From Chitinophagaceae bacterium (lineage in GTDB: Bacteria; Bacteroidota; Bacteroidia; Chitinophagales; UBA10324): a DNA stretch of 64,000 bases. The stretch lies in NCBI GenBank assembly GCA_947474435.1, contig CANJII010000007.1:41146-105145 (forward strand), read 5' to 3'. A program made the position numbers and the translations under genes. The stretch's first letter is position 1; each line of letters opens with the position of its first letter. Shown here one piece after another: positions 39,695 to 50,405 of this stretch. Under the pieces are notes generated by a model. The model was not told the DNA's origin and ran no database searches. It saw nothing but the letters and a program-made list of their open reading frames with translations.

Positions 39695-41214
39695 TGGATA
39701 ATTAATATTTCTCCTGTCATTTCTTTTGGTTGTGCAAGTCCCATTATTTTTAAAATAGTAGGAGCGAGGTCCGAAAGTTTTCCGGGTTTTAGTGTTGGTT
39801 TAAAATTTCTGTCAATCAGAAAAAACGGAACCGGATTTTTTGTGTGTGCCGTGTTTGGTGTTCCATCTTCATTAATCATATAATCAGCATTGCCATGATC
39901 TGCAGTTAAGAAAATTGTATAATCATTATCCAACGCCGTTTCAACCACTTCGCTTACACATAGGTCCACAGTTTCAACTGCTTTCATAACAGCGGTAAAA
40001 ACTCCTGTGTGGCCAACCATATCTGCATTGGCAAAATTCAAACAAATAAAATCGGCGCTCTTATTTTTCAGTTCCGAAACAATAGCATCTTTAACTCCGA
40101 AGGCACTCATCTCCGGTTGCAAATCATAAGTCGCCACTTTCGGCGATGGAATCATAATTCGCTTTTCGCCATCAAAAGGTCTTTCTCTTCCACCTGAAAA
40201 GAAAAAAGATACATGCGGATATTTTTCAGTCTCTGCAATCCGAATTTGTTTCAAACCATTATTTGCAATCACTTCACCCAAAGTCAAACTCATATCTTCA
40301 TTTGTAAAAATGTTATGGATGTTTTTAAATGAATGATCGTAAATGGTCATTGTGGTGAAATGCAATTTCAGCGGCTTCATTTCCTGCTCCGGAAATTCCT
40401 GTTGCGTGAGAGTTTTGGTGATTTCACGGCAGCGGTCAGTTCTGAAATTGAAACAGATAACAGCATCATCTTCTTTAATTGTTGACAATGGTTTTCCATT
40501 TTCATCAACACTGATAATTGGTTTTATAAATTCATCAGTCACTCCTTTGTTATATGATTCAGTTATTGAGTGTAAAATATTTTTACTTGGTTCTCCTTTC
40601 CCATTCACCAATAAATCATAAGCGAGTTTCACCCGTTCCCAACGATTATCTCTGTCCATTGCATAGTAGCGACCAATCACACTCACAACTGTGCCGACTG
40701 ATTTTTTTGTGTGCGCAATCAGTTCTTCTATAAAACGAAAACCACTTTTCGGGTCAGTATCGCGACCATCAGTGAACACATGAATGAAAACATTTTTCAC
40801 ACCATTCTCTTTTGCAATATCAAGCAACGCTTTCAGATGTTCAATGGAAGAATGCACACCGCCATTGGAAACCAATCCCATCAGGTGCAGATTGCAATCG
40901 TTTGCTTTCGCATAATTTAAAGTGTTGAGTAATTCAGGATTTGTATGTAAAGTTTTTTCACGAATCGCTTTATTGATGCGAACCAGTTCCTGATACACCA
41001 CTCTTCCTGCACCAATATTTAAATGACCGACTTCAGAATTTCCCATTTGACCTTCGGGCAAACCCACTGCTTCGCCATCGGTTCTTAATTCAGTATTTGG
41101 AAACCGGCTGTACAAACTTTTTACATAAGTGGCTTTCGATTGTTGAATGGCATCAACCGCAGGAACCTGTCCATGTCCCCAACCATCCATAATAATCAGT
41201 ATCGCTTTTTTCAT
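39691..41214 (-). CDS. gpmI: 2,3-bisphosphoglycerate-independent phosphoglycerate mutase
   Basis: IMDGWG, GQMGNSEVGH, AETEKYPHV, DMVGHTG and TADHGN motifs; ATG at 41214. Confidence 0.97.
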   Translation of the reverse strand: MKKAILIIMDGWGHGQVPAVDAIQQSKATYVKSLYSRFPNTELRTDGEAVGLPEGQMGNSEVGHLNIGAGRVVYQELVRINKAIREKTLHTNPELLNTLNYAKANDCNLHLMGLVSNGGVHSSIEHLKALLDIAKENGVKNVFIHVFTDGRDTDPKSGFRFIEELIAHTKKSVGTVVSVIGRYYAMDRDNRWERVKLAYDLLVNGKGEPSKNILHSITESYNKGVTDEFIKPIISVDENGKPLSTIKEDDAVICFNFRTDRCREITKTLTQQEFPEQEMKPLKLHFTTMTIYDHSFKNIHNIFTNEDMSLTLGEVIANNGLKQIRIAETEKYPHVSFFFSGGRERPFDGEKRIMIPSPKVATYDLQPEMSAFGVKDAIVSELKNKSADFICLNFANADMVGHTGVFTAVMKAVETVDLCVSEVVETALDNDYTIFLTADHGNADYMINEDGTPNTAHTKNPVPFFLIDRNFKPTLKPGKLSDLAPTILKIMGLAQPKEMTGEILIIQ

Positions 41215-41382
41215 CGCGCGCAAAACTATGCTGAAAATTCAAAGCTGAATACTGATGTTGGAAAGAAGATTGAAAATCAGTTACTGTATTTATCATTTGC
41301 AACTTATTTTTGAAGCATTGAATAGTTGGCAAAGAATTTGGCTTTAAGGATTCCGGAAAATCAAAACGCTCTCTCCAAACAA

Positions 41383-41778
41383 ATGAAAAAAATAATCTCA
41401 ATCGCATTTACACTTACAATTTTGGTATCATCGCCAAAGTTGCTTAGTTCAGCAGATGTGTTGGATACAATAGCATCAGCCATCAGAAGTGGCAATGCAG
41501 AAACTCTTTCGCAATATTTTGACGCAAGTGTGGATGTAACCATCCTCGATAAGGAATCTGTTTATAGCAAGGCGCAGGCGCAAATGGTGGTTCGTGATTT
41601 TTTAATGAAGTATCCGGTTTCTTCTTTTACTTTAATTCATCGCGGAACTTCACCTGAAGGTTCGCAATATGGAATTGGAACCATGACAAGCTCGGGTGGT
41701 TCGTTCCGGGTTTATTTTTTAGTGCGTAATAAAACAGGAGTGAGTCTGATTAAAGAACTCCGTTTCGAAAAACAATAA
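41383..41778 (+). CDS. DUF4783 family secreted protein
   Basis: I..AIRSGNA..L..YF and YSKAQA..V.RDF motifs; ATG at 41383. Confidence 0.85.
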   Translation: MKKIISIAFTLTILVSSPKLLSSADVLDTIASAIRSGNAETLSQYFDASVDVTILDKESVYSKAQAQMVVRDFLMKYPVSSFTLIHRGTSPEGSQYGIGTMTSSGGSFRVYFLVRNKTGVSLIKELRFEKQ

Positions 41779-42615
41779 GTGGACTGGAAGGAATTTATTA
41801 CCGCCGCTTTTGAAGAAGATATTCGCGAGGGCGACCACACTTCTCTTTCAACAATTCCCGAAGGACAAAATGGAAAAGCAATTCTGTGGGCAAAAGCTGA
41901 CGGCATTGTTGCGGGCGTTGAGTTAGCACAAATGATTTTCTGGTACTTCGATGCAACACTGGATGTAACAGTTTTTATTAATGATGGTGCTGCAATAAAA
42001 TCAGGAGATAAAATTTTAGAAGTGCAGGGCGCAGAAAGAAATATTCTTTCATGCGAGCGGTTGGTGTTGAATTGCATGCAGCGAATGAGCGGCATTGCAA
42101 CACTCACCAAAAAATATGTGGATGCAGTTGCAGGGACCAACGCAAAAATTTTAGATACAAGAAAAACAACACCGCTTTTTCGCGCAGCGGAAAAGTGGGC
42201 GGTGAAAATTGGTGGTGGCGAAAATCATCGCTTTGGTTTGTACGATATGATTCTGATAAAAGACAATCATGTTGATTATGCAGGAGGAATTAAACCAGCC
42301 ATTGAAAAAGCAAATTTTTATTTGAAAGAAAACAATTTGAATATTCCGATTGAAATTGAAACCAGAAATCTTGATGAAGTGAAACAGGTTTTAGTAACCG
42401 GAAATGTCAATCGCATTATGCTCGATAATTTCACCCCCGAATTAATTCGTGAAGCATTGAAATTGATTGACAAAAAAATGGAGACAGAAGTTTCAGGCGG
42501 AATTACTTTAGAAACCATTCGCGCTTATGCCGAAACCGGAGTTGATTTTATTTCTGTTGGAGCGCTCACACACAGTTACACCAGTCTGGATTTGAGTTTG
42601 AAGGCGGTGAAGTAA
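41779..42615 (+). CDS. nadC: Nicotinate-nucleotide diphosphorylase (carboxylating)
   Basis: ED...GD.T, ER..LN..QRMSGIAT, DTRKT, HR.GL.D..LIKDNH, MLDNF and SGGI motifs; GTG start. Confidence 0.97.
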   Translation: MDWKEFITAAFEEDIREGDHTSLSTIPEGQNGKAILWAKADGIVAGVELAQMIFWYFDATLDVTVFINDGAAIKSGDKILEVQGAERNILSCERLVLNCMQRMSGIATLTKKYVDAVAGTNAKILDTRKTTPLFRAAEKWAVKIGGGENHRFGLYDMILIKDNHVDYAGGIKPAIEKANFYLKENNLNIPIEIETRNLDEVKQVLVTGNVNRIMLDNFTPELIREALKLIDKKMETEVSGGITLETIRAYAETGVDFISVGALTHSYTSLDLSLKAVK

Positions 42616-42624
42616 ATTCACCCC

Positions 42625-44550
42625 TTGCTATTCATGATTGTGTTCAACGAAATTCAACATATTATTATTCTGCTGAAGCGACTTGCCATTTTGTTGCTGC
42701 TGTTTTCGATATGCAGGGTATTGTTTTATTTTTTTAATGATGATTTGTTTCCGCCCATTTCATTTTCTGAAGGATGCTGGATTTTTATATACGGAATCCG
42801 GTATGATGTTTCGGCGATTGTAGTGCTGAACAGTTTGTTCATTGTGTTACACCTGTTGCCGAATAAATACTGGGAAACAAAATTTTATCAAACTATTCTG
42901 AAAATACTTTTCTACTCGGTAAATATTGTTGCACTGATTTTTGAAGCATCAGATTTTGCGTACTTCAAATATTCATTCAAGCGAATCACCAGCGACATTG
43001 TATTTATGGAACACGATGCACCAACACTGATGCCCGCCTTCATCAGCGATTTCTGGTACTTGCTGTTAATGATTGCTGCCATGTTTTTGTTCGCGGAATT
43101 TCTTTATCGGAAAACTTTTAGTTGGAATAAATTGAATTTCAATTTTCGAAAATTCAGTCGAATGAAATTGATTTCAACTTTAACGATTGTTTCTTTTTTG
43201 TTTATTGCTGCGAGAGGAAATATCTCGAAGCAATACTTAACACCAAACAGCGGTGACTCACATTTTCCGGTTTCGTTGAATGCGCTGGCGCAGAATACTT
43301 CTTTCACTTTGTTGTATTCGCTGGAGCATAAAAAGCTGGAAGAAAAAAAATACCTGACAGATGAAAAAGCAAAACAGTATTGCAACATCATACAATCCTT
43401 CAATGGAAAACCTGCAAGCATTTATAATCCTGAAAAGAAAAAATTAAATGTGGTGGTTATTATTCTCGAAAGTTTTTCGCGGGAGTACAGTGGATTCTTA
43501 AATGGCAATGATGGATACATGCCGTTTCTTGATTCGCTGATGCAGCAGGGAATGGTATTCACCAATGGTTGGGCGAATGGAAAAAAATCCATTGAAGGAA
43601 TCCCGGCAATTCTTTCCTCTGTTCCGGGTTTGGTGAACGAGCCGCTTTTGAATTATGGAAGTTATCCCGATTTGAAAATGAACAGCATCGCCTCTTATTT
43701 AAAAGAAGATGGTTACAGTACTGCATTTTTTCATGGCGGTTCAAACGGGACAATGAATTTTGATAAATATATTTTGAATTCAGGCTTCGATAAATATTTC
43801 GGGAAAAATGAATATCCGAATCAGGCGGATGACGATAAAGTGTGGGGAATTTTTGATGAACCATTTTTTCAATATTTCAGCAATAAGTTAAATGAAATGC
43901 CTCAGCCATTTTTGGGAGCAATCTTTTCCTTGACTTCACATCATCCATTCACAATTCCATCGAAGTACAATGGAAAATTCAAACAAGGCAATGAGCCAAT
44001 TGAAGAAGTGATTCAATACACCGATTTGTCGTTGCGCGAATTTTTTAAAACTGCTTCGCAGCAATCGTGGTACAACAGCACGCTCTTTGTCATTACTGCC
44101 GACCACACCGGACCAACATCGGATGAGTTTTATAAAACACGAGTAGGCATGTATCGCATCCCGATTATTTTATTTCAACCCGAAAATAATTTACTGATGG
44201 GACGAAACGATGAAGTGGTTCAGCAAACTGATATTCTCCCAACAGTTTTGAATTTTGTCGGATACGATAAATCATTTGTTTCTTATGGTCACGATATGTT
44301 CTCAAATGAAACGGAAAGAGCAACTGTTAATTCACTCGGAAATATCTTTCAGATTATGAACGACCGTTACAGTTTGCTTTATGACGGAGAAAAGGCGGTT
44401 GAACTCTACGATTACATTCGTGACCCGCTGCTGAAAAATAATTTAGTGAACGAACAAAAACAGATAACTGAAAAACTGACCAATCAAATCCAAGCATACA
44501 TTCAGGTTTTTAATTCCAGTATTATTTACAACACTTTATCGAAGCGATGA
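42625..44550 (+). CDS. LTA synthase/MdoB-like membrane sulfatase-fold phosphotransferase
   Basis: N-terminal TM block; NVVVIILESF, SHHP and TADH metal-binding motifs. Confidence 0.88.
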   Translation: MLFMIVFNEIQHIIILLKRLAILLLLFSICRVLFYFFNDDLFPPISFSEGCWIFIYGIRYDVSAIVVLNSLFIVLHLLPNKYWETKFYQTILKILFYSVNIVALIFEASDFAYFKYSFKRITSDIVFMEHDAPTLMPAFISDFWYLLLMIAAMFLFAEFLYRKTFSWNKLNFNFRKFSRMKLISTLTIVSFLFIAARGNISKQYLTPNSGDSHFPVSLNALAQNTSFTLLYSLEHKKLEEKKYLTDEKAKQYCNIIQSFNGKPASIYNPEKKKLNVVVIILESFSREYSGFLNGNDGYMPFLDSLMQQGMVFTNGWANGKKSIEGIPAILSSVPGLVNEPLLNYGSYPDLKMNSIASYLKEDGYSTAFFHGGSNGTMNFDKYILNSGFDKYFGKNEYPNQADDDKVWGIFDEPFFQYFSNKLNEMPQPFLGAIFSLTSHHPFTIPSKYNGKFKQGNEPIEEVIQYTDLSLREFFKTASQQSWYNSTLFVITADHTGPTSDEFYKTRVGMYRIPIILFQPENNLLMGRNDEVVQQTDILPTVLNFVGYDKSFVSYGHDMFSNETERATVNSLGNIFQIMNDRYSLLYDGEKAVELYDYIRDPLLKNNLVNEQKQITEKLTNQIQAYIQVFNSSIIYNTLSKR

Positions 44551-45449
44551 AAAAATATTCATTCATCATTAACCCGATTTCAGGAGTGAGCCGGAAGAAA
44601 AATATTCCTGCATTGATTGAATCATTATTTAAAAATACTGAAATTGAATATAAAATACTGCTGACCGAACGAGCCGGTCATGCAATTGAGTTAGCAAGAA
44701 GTGAAGCAGAAAAAAATACAGATGTTGTAGTTGCTGTTGGAGGCGATGGAACGCTAAATGAAACAGCTCACGGATTAGGGGGATCAAAAACTGCAATTGG
44801 AATTATTCCACTCGGTTCGGGAAATGGTTTGGCGAGACACTTAAAAATATCGCTGAATCCTGCTAAAGCTTTAAAACAATTACTCAAAGGAAAAACAATC
44901 AGCATGGATGCCGGAATGCTGAACGAACATTTATTTCTCAGCAATGCCGGAGTAGGTTTCACCGGAGAAGTGATTCATTCGTTTCATGGAAACAGGATTC
45001 GCGGTTTTTATGCTTATGCCTGGTATGTGTTTCGTGATTTTCTACGGCACAAACCAGAGACTATGCGAATCGAATCAGAAGGAAAAATGCTGAACGGGAA
45101 ATTTGCTTTCGTCAATGTATTTAATGCTTCTCAGTTTGGATATAATGTAACACTCACGCCCGAAGCAAGTGTGCAGGATGGTTGTTTGGTATCACTTTGC
45201 CTTCCTTATAAAAATCGTTTTCAATTCGGAACTGCGCTGGCGCTGACTGCACTTTCAAGAGGAAGAATGAGTCACAGTTTTTTTCAAAACATAAAATCAA
45301 CTGAAGCAACCGTTCACTTCAATGGAAAATTACTCGCACACATTGATGGTGACCCGATAACTATTAATAGTGTTGCGCAATTCAAAATTTTGCCGGGATA
45401 CCTGAATGTTGTTGTGCCGAATATGAATAACCTTGAATTTTCATCCTGA
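44547..45449 (+). CDS. Diacylglycerol kinase catalytic-domain (YegS/DgkB-like) lipid kinase
   Basis: INPISG, GGDGTLNE, IIPLGSGNGLA and IDGD motifs; 4-bp overlap with the upstream gene. Confidence 0.9.
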   Translation: MKKYSFIINPISGVSRKKNIPALIESLFKNTEIEYKILLTERAGHAIELARSEAEKNTDVVVAVGGDGTLNETAHGLGGSKTAIGIIPLGSGNGLARHLKISLNPAKALKQLLKGKTISMDAGMLNEHLFLSNAGVGFTGEVIHSFHGNRIRGFYAYAWYVFRDFLRHKPETMRIESEGKMLNGKFAFVNVFNASQFGYNVTLTPEASVQDGCLVSLCLPYKNRFQFGTALALTALSRGRMSHSFFQNIKSTEATVHFNGKLLAHIDGDPITINSVAQFKILPGYLNVVVPNMNNLEFSS

Positions 45450-45463
45450 ATTAATTTATTTGT

Positions 45464-46501
45464 ATGAAAGGAAGGGGTGCCAGACTCAATACTGATAATC
45501 CGTATAACAAGCAGTTGTATGCTACCGAACACATTGAAGCATTAGATGAAGAATTTTTATCAGATGAGAAAACTGAATACCTGTTTGAGTTCCCGAAAAA
45601 AATTGTAAACCCCGTTGAAAGTCCTGATATACCAATAGAATATTCTTTGAATCCATATCAGGGGTGTGAGCATGGTTGCATTTATTGTTATGCACGCAAC
45701 ACACATCAGTACTGGGGTTACAGTGCAGGATTGGATTTTGAACGGAAGATTTTAGTAAAGCCCAATGCACCTAAATTGTTGGAAGAAACAATTAATAAAA
45801 AATCGTGGGTAGTGAAACCCATTTCACTCAGCGGTAATACAGATTGCTATCAACCGGCTGAAAAGAAATTTAAAATCACCAGAGGAATACTTGAAGTGTT
45901 GAACCGTTATCGGCATCCGGTCGGGTTCATAACAAAAAATCAATTGATACTGCGCGATTTGGATTTACTGAAAGAATTAGCTGCTGATAATCTGGTAAAT
46001 GTATTCGTTAGCATTACCAGTTTGGATGAACAGCTCCGGAGAAAACTGGAACCACGCACTGCATCGGCAATCAGAAGATTGAATGTTTTGGAAACACTTT
46101 CGAAAAATAATATTCCGTGCGGTGTTATGCTTGCTCCAATAATTCCGGGCATTAACAGTCATGAGATTCCGGAGATAATGAAAGCAGCAGCCAATGCGGG
46201 CGCAACAAATGCTGGTTACCAGATTGTAAGATTAAATGGTGCCATCGGCGAAATTTTTACCAATTGGATTCACGAACATTATCCTGACCGTGCTGATAAA
46301 GTATTGAATCAGATTTCAGATATGCATGAAGGAAAATTAAATGATTCACGATTCGGAAATCGAATGAAGGGCGATGGAAAAATAGCAGAGAGCATTAAAC
46401 AATTATTTACTGCTTCTAAGAAAAAATACATGCCCGTGAAAAATCCGTTTGAATTTAATCTCACCGCATTCAGGAAGCCCGGACAGATGAGTTTATTCTG
46501 A
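45464..46501 (+). CDS. PA0069/Rv2578c family radical SAM protein
   Basis: NPYQGCEHGCIYCYAR, TDCYQP.E and LEPR motifs. Confidence 0.92.
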   Translation: MKGRGARLNTDNPYNKQLYATEHIEALDEEFLSDEKTEYLFEFPKKIVNPVESPDIPIEYSLNPYQGCEHGCIYCYARNTHQYWGYSAGLDFERKILVKPNAPKLLEETINKKSWVVKPISLSGNTDCYQPAEKKFKITRGILEVLNRYRHPVGFITKNQLILRDLDLLKELAADNLVNVFVSITSLDEQLRRKLEPRTASAIRRLNVLETLSKNNIPCGVMLAPIIPGINSHEIPEIMKAAANAGATNAGYQIVRLNGAIGEIFTNWIHEHYPDRADKVLNQISDMHEGKLNDSRFGNRMKGDGKIAESIKQLFTASKKKYMPVKNPFEFNLTAFRKPGQMSLF

Positions 46502-46547
46502 TTGAAATAATTTTCAATCAGCTGCGTTATTCAATAAACTCACAACC

Positions 46548-47123
46548 ATGCTCGCAATCATCAGCTTCTTTGCATCGTTTTTAAGTGTTGTTGAACCTTC
46601 AACATATTACCAGGTTGATTATAAAAGTTTTTATCAACTTCAAGAGGTCAATCAAAAAATTAACTGGACCAACTTGAATGTTTCGTTGCTTGAAGCTGCA
46701 ATTTTTCAATGCACAAACGAACAACGGGTAAAATATAAATTGCCAGTTTATAAATATGCAACTGACTTGAATAAGGCTGCTACCTATCATTCCAACTCCA
46801 TGGCGAAATATAATTTCTTCAGTCATGTAAATGAATATGACAAAAACATGAAAGCATTTTATCAGCGCATGAAATTTTTTGGTGGAAGTTTTAATGGCTG
46901 TGGCGAAAACATTGCCTATTCTGAATTTGATAACAGTTATAGTTATCTGGAGGTAGCACATGATATTGTTGAACTCTGGATGAATTCTGAAGGTCACAGG
47001 GTGCATGTGCTGAGTACTGTTTATAAGGAACTAGGGTGTGGCATTTCCATTAAAAAAGTAAATACATTTCAGCGTGTATATGCCACACAGGATTTTGGAG
47101 GAAAACGAAATACTATTCGCTGA
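46548..47123 (+). CDS. CAP (SCP) domain secreted protein
   Basis: TN..R, AA..HS..M, GENIA, WMNSEGHR and TQDF motifs. Confidence 0.9.
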   Translation: MLAIISFFASFLSVVEPSTYYQVDYKSFYQLQEVNQKINWTNLNVSLLEAAIFQCTNEQRVKYKLPVYKYATDLNKAATYHSNSMAKYNFFSHVNEYDKNMKAFYQRMKFFGGSFNGCGENIAYSEFDNSYSYLEVAHDIVELWMNSEGHRVHVLSTVYKELGCGISIKKVNTFQRVYATQDFGGKRNTIR

Positions 47124-47190
47124 TGAATCAGAAAGAGGAAATGAGCAAAAGCATTTAACAATAAATATTTCATAACCTTCCATATTTCCG

Positions 47191-47223
47191 TTTGCACAAT
47201 CATTCACTTTCTTTTTATGTTTG
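47191..47223 (+). promoter_or_regulatory. Bacteroidota sigma70 promoter (-33 TTTG, -7 TATGTTTG)
   Basis: TTTG at 47191-47194 and TATGTTTG at 47216-47223, 21 bp apart, upstream of the DUF2723 gene. Confidence 0.6.
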
Positions 47224-47246
47224 TTCGCTTTTTCAAATAAGCTTTT

Positions 47247-50200
47247 ATGACTCTTTACAATAAGATTAACAATGCCGTTGGCTGGATCGTATTTCTGCTT
47301 TCATTTTTAGTTTATTTTTTAACCTGCGAACCTACCGGCAGTTTTTGGGACTGCGGTGAGTTTATTGGTTGCGCATTAAAGTTACAGGTGGCGCACTCAC
47401 CCGGAGCTCCATTCTTTTTAATACTTGCCCGATTGTTTACGATGTTCGCAAGCGGCCCTGATCATGTTGCGTTATGCGTAAATATTATGAACAACATGTT
47501 CGGAGGTTTCACTTCATTGTTTTTATTCTGGACTATTACTGCAATGGCAAGAAAAATGACTACAGCCAAAGAAAGTGATATGAGCACCGATCAGATTATA
47601 GCTGTGATAGGCGCAGGTGTAGTAGGAGCAATGGCCTGCACATTCACCGATTCAAACTGGTTCTCTGCTGTAGAAGGTGAGGTTTATGCGGGGTCTGCTT
47701 TTTTTACATCGTTGGTAACCTGGGCAATTTTTAAATGGGATCATGTAGCGGATGAAAAATATGCTGATCGATGGATTGTGTTTATCGGATACATGATGGG
47801 GCTTTCAATTGGTGTTCACTTACTTAATTTATTAACCATTCCGGCATTGGTGTTTGTTGTGTATTTCCGTAAAGCCAATCAGGTGACCACATGGGGAATT
47901 TTTAAAACATTTTTAATCTCGTGTGGCATTCTTGCATTCATTCAGTTTGGTATTATACCGAGCATTCCGAATATCGGGGCAAGTTTTGATATTTTCTTTG
48001 TTAACTCTCTTGGGCTTCCCTTCAATACCGGAATCATTGTTTGGTTTATAATTATTGCTGCCATTTTGTTTTTCGGTTACAGGTATTCTGTTCAAAAAGC
48101 AATGCCTTGGTTGCACACTTCAATCATGACCGTGATTGTAATCATTATTGGATATTCATCTTACACAATGGTGTTGATTCGTGCCAATGCAAATCCAACC
48201 ATTAACATGAGCAACCCTTCCAATTTTGTAAATCTGGTTTCTTATTTAAATCGGGAACAATATGGCGACCGTCCGCTTTTATACGGTCAACATTTTGCTG
48301 CCCGTCCAAACGACATTGATTGGGACAATGGTGAAATGAAATATTTCAAGGGCGAAAAAAAATACGAAGAGTTAGGCCGCAAGCCAATTGTGAAATATGC
48401 TTCAGAAGATAAAATGTTGTTCCCGAGAGTTTTTGATAACGATGATCCGGGGCATGTTCAGTTTTATCGCGAATGGTTAAATCTCGGTAAAGATGAAAAG
48501 CCAACTTTTGCTCACAACATTGGTTTCTTTTTTTCTTACCAGGTTAATTACATGTACTGGCGATATTTTCTCTGGAATTTTGCTGGTCGACAGAATGATA
48601 TTCAAGGTTTAACAAACGATAAACAACACGGCAACTGGTTAACCGGAATTAATTTTATTGACAGTGCAGTACTGGGTCCACAGGAAAATCTGCCTGATTA
48701 CTTAGCCAACAACAAGGCGAGAAATAAATTTTTTCTAATACCATTACTAATCGGGTTAATCGGAATGATTTTCCATTTCAAAAAAGATCAGCACGATGCC
48801 GGCGTAGTGATGTTGTTATTTTTCTTTACCGGTTTAGCTATTGTGCTTTACCTCAATCAAACACCGCTGCAACCACGCGAGCGTGACTATGCGTATGCAG
48901 GTTCCTTTTATGCCTATTGTTTCTGGATCGGAATAGGAGTGATGGCCTTGTATGATTGGCTGAAGAAAAAAGTAAATCCTCAAATGGCGGCTTTAGGCGG
49001 AATCATTATTTGTGCCACTGCTCCTGCATTAATGGGTGCTCAGGGCTGGGACGATCACAACAGAAGTAACAGATATACAGCACGCGATTTCGGAAGAAAT
49101 TATTTAGAGAGTTGTCCGAAAAACGCAATTCTCTTTACACAAGGCGATAACGATACTTATCCATTGTGGTATGCGCAGGAAGTAGAAGGCATTCGCCCCG
49201 ATGTTCGCATTGTGAACCTGAGTTTATTAGGTGTTGACTGGTACATTGAAAATTTAAGAAGGAAAGTAAACGACAGTGATCCGATTCCGTTAACCGTTCC
49301 ATCAGAAGCGGTGCGTGGTTCCAATCATGATATTACACGATTCAGTCAAAACCCTTCTATCAATCAAACTGAATATTTCAATGCAAAAGATGTGATTCAG
49401 TTCATGGTGAGTACTGATCCGAAAAAGAAAACCATGATTTATAATGAGCTGGATAATTATATCCCGACAAAAAATCTTTACATACCAATTGATAAAAATT
49501 ACATTCTTGCAAATGGAATTGTGGAAGCAAAAGATTCAGCACGAATTCCTGAACGGTTAATGTGGAAGCTGAATAAATCATCGTTAATGAAACCTGATTT
49601 AATGGTGCTTGATATTATTCAATCAACCAACTGGACACGGCCTGTTTGTTTCGCCATTTCTTCAAGCAGCGATAATTACCTTGGACTGGCTGATTACATG
49701 CAGCAGTACGGATTAATCTATCGCCTTGTACCTGTTAAAAAAACCGGAAGCGATGGTTTGCCAGGCGAAGTACGCACTGATATTATGTACGACAATGTGA
49801 TGCACAAATTTCAATGGGGCGGAGTAGATAAATACGATGTGTATCTAGATGAAAACATTTTAAGAATGGTGAGCAACCTGCGCAGCAATTTTGCACGATT
49901 ATCAACTCAGTTGGTTGCTGAAGGTGATACCGCAAAGGCAATTGAAGTATTGGACTACTGTCAGAAAGTATTGCCTGAAAAGAATGTTCCGTACTCTTTG
50001 CTCATGCTGCCTATTGCTCAGGCTTACTGCAAAGCAGGTTCGCCCGACAAAGGAAAATTGATAGGCGAAAAATTATTTCAGGTTTATTTTAAAAACCTCC
50101 GTTATTTTAAATCGTGTGGAACTTCTAACATGGCCTACTACCAGCGCGATATTAACGAGGCAGTTTATGTGATTGCACAATTGCAGCAAATGGCAGAGAA

Positions 50201-50294
50201 TTTTAAAATGGATGAATTCAAAAAACAAATTGATCCGGTGTTTGAAGAATATAAATATTTTTATAAAAACGAAAACGATAACGGCGACGAATAA
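47247..50294 (+). CDS. DUF2723 (TMEM260-like) GT-C membrane glycosyltransferase
   Basis: SFWDCGEF, H.PGAP, WFSAVEGEVY, REQYG, RERDY and GDNDTYPLWY motifs. Confidence 0.88.
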   Translation: MTLYNKINNAVGWIVFLLSFLVYFLTCEPTGSFWDCGEFIGCALKLQVAHSPGAPFFLILARLFTMFASGPDHVALCVNIMNNMFGGFTSLFLFWTITAMARKMTTAKESDMSTDQIIAVIGAGVVGAMACTFTDSNWFSAVEGEVYAGSAFFTSLVTWAIFKWDHVADEKYADRWIVFIGYMMGLSIGVHLLNLLTIPALVFVVYFRKANQVTTWGIFKTFLISCGILAFIQFGIIPSIPNIGASFDIFFVNSLGLPFNTGIIVWFIIIAAILFFGYRYSVQKAMPWLHTSIMTVIVIIIGYSSYTMVLIRANANPTINMSNPSNFVNLVSYLNREQYGDRPLLYGQHFAARPNDIDWDNGEMKYFKGEKKYEELGRKPIVKYASEDKMLFPRVFDNDDPGHVQFYREWLNLGKDEKPTFAHNIGFFFSYQVNYMYWRYFLWNFAGRQNDIQGLTNDKQHGNWLTGINFIDSAVLGPQENLPDYLANNKARNKFFLIPLLIGLIGMIFHFKKDQHDAGVVMLLFFFTGLAIVLYLNQTPLQPRERDYAYAGSFYAYCFWIGIGVMALYDWLKKKVNPQMAALGGIIICATAPALMGAQGWDDHNRSNRYTARDFGRNYLESCPKNAILFTQGDNDTYPLWYAQEVEGIRPDVRIVNLSLLGVDWYIENLRRKVNDSDPIPLTVPSEAVRGSNHDITRFSQNPSINQTEYFNAKDVIQFMVSTDPKKKTMIYNELDNYIPTKNLYIPIDKNYILANGIVEAKDSARIPERLMWKLNKSSLMKPDLMVLDIIQSTNWTRPVCFAISSSSDNYLGLADYMQQYGLIYRLVPVKKTGSDGLPGEVRTDIMYDNVMHKFQWGGVDKYDVYLDENILRMVSNLRSNFARLSTQLVAEGDTAKAIEVLDYCQKVLPEKNVPYSLLMLPIAQAYCKAGSPDKGKLIGEKLFQVYFKNLRYFKSCGTSNMAYYQRDINEAVYVIAQLQQMAENFKMDEFKKQIDPVFEEYKYFYKNENDNGDE

Positions 50295-50298
50295 AAGC

Positions 50299-50365
50299 CA
50301 GTTGACAGTAATCAGTATGCAGTAATTAAAGCTGCCTACTGCGTACTGTTTACTGCCTACTAACT
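50299..50365. repeat. Inverted heptamer-repeat element (CAGTnnn)4 / (ACTGnnn)4-5
   Basis: CAGTTGA CAGTAAT CAGTATG CAGTAAT followed by GCTGCCT ACTGCGT ACTGTTT ACTGCCT ACTAACT. Confidence 0.7.
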
Positions 50366-50405
50366 ACTCTATAAACAGTTTTTTACTTTCGCCCTCATTC
50401 AATCA

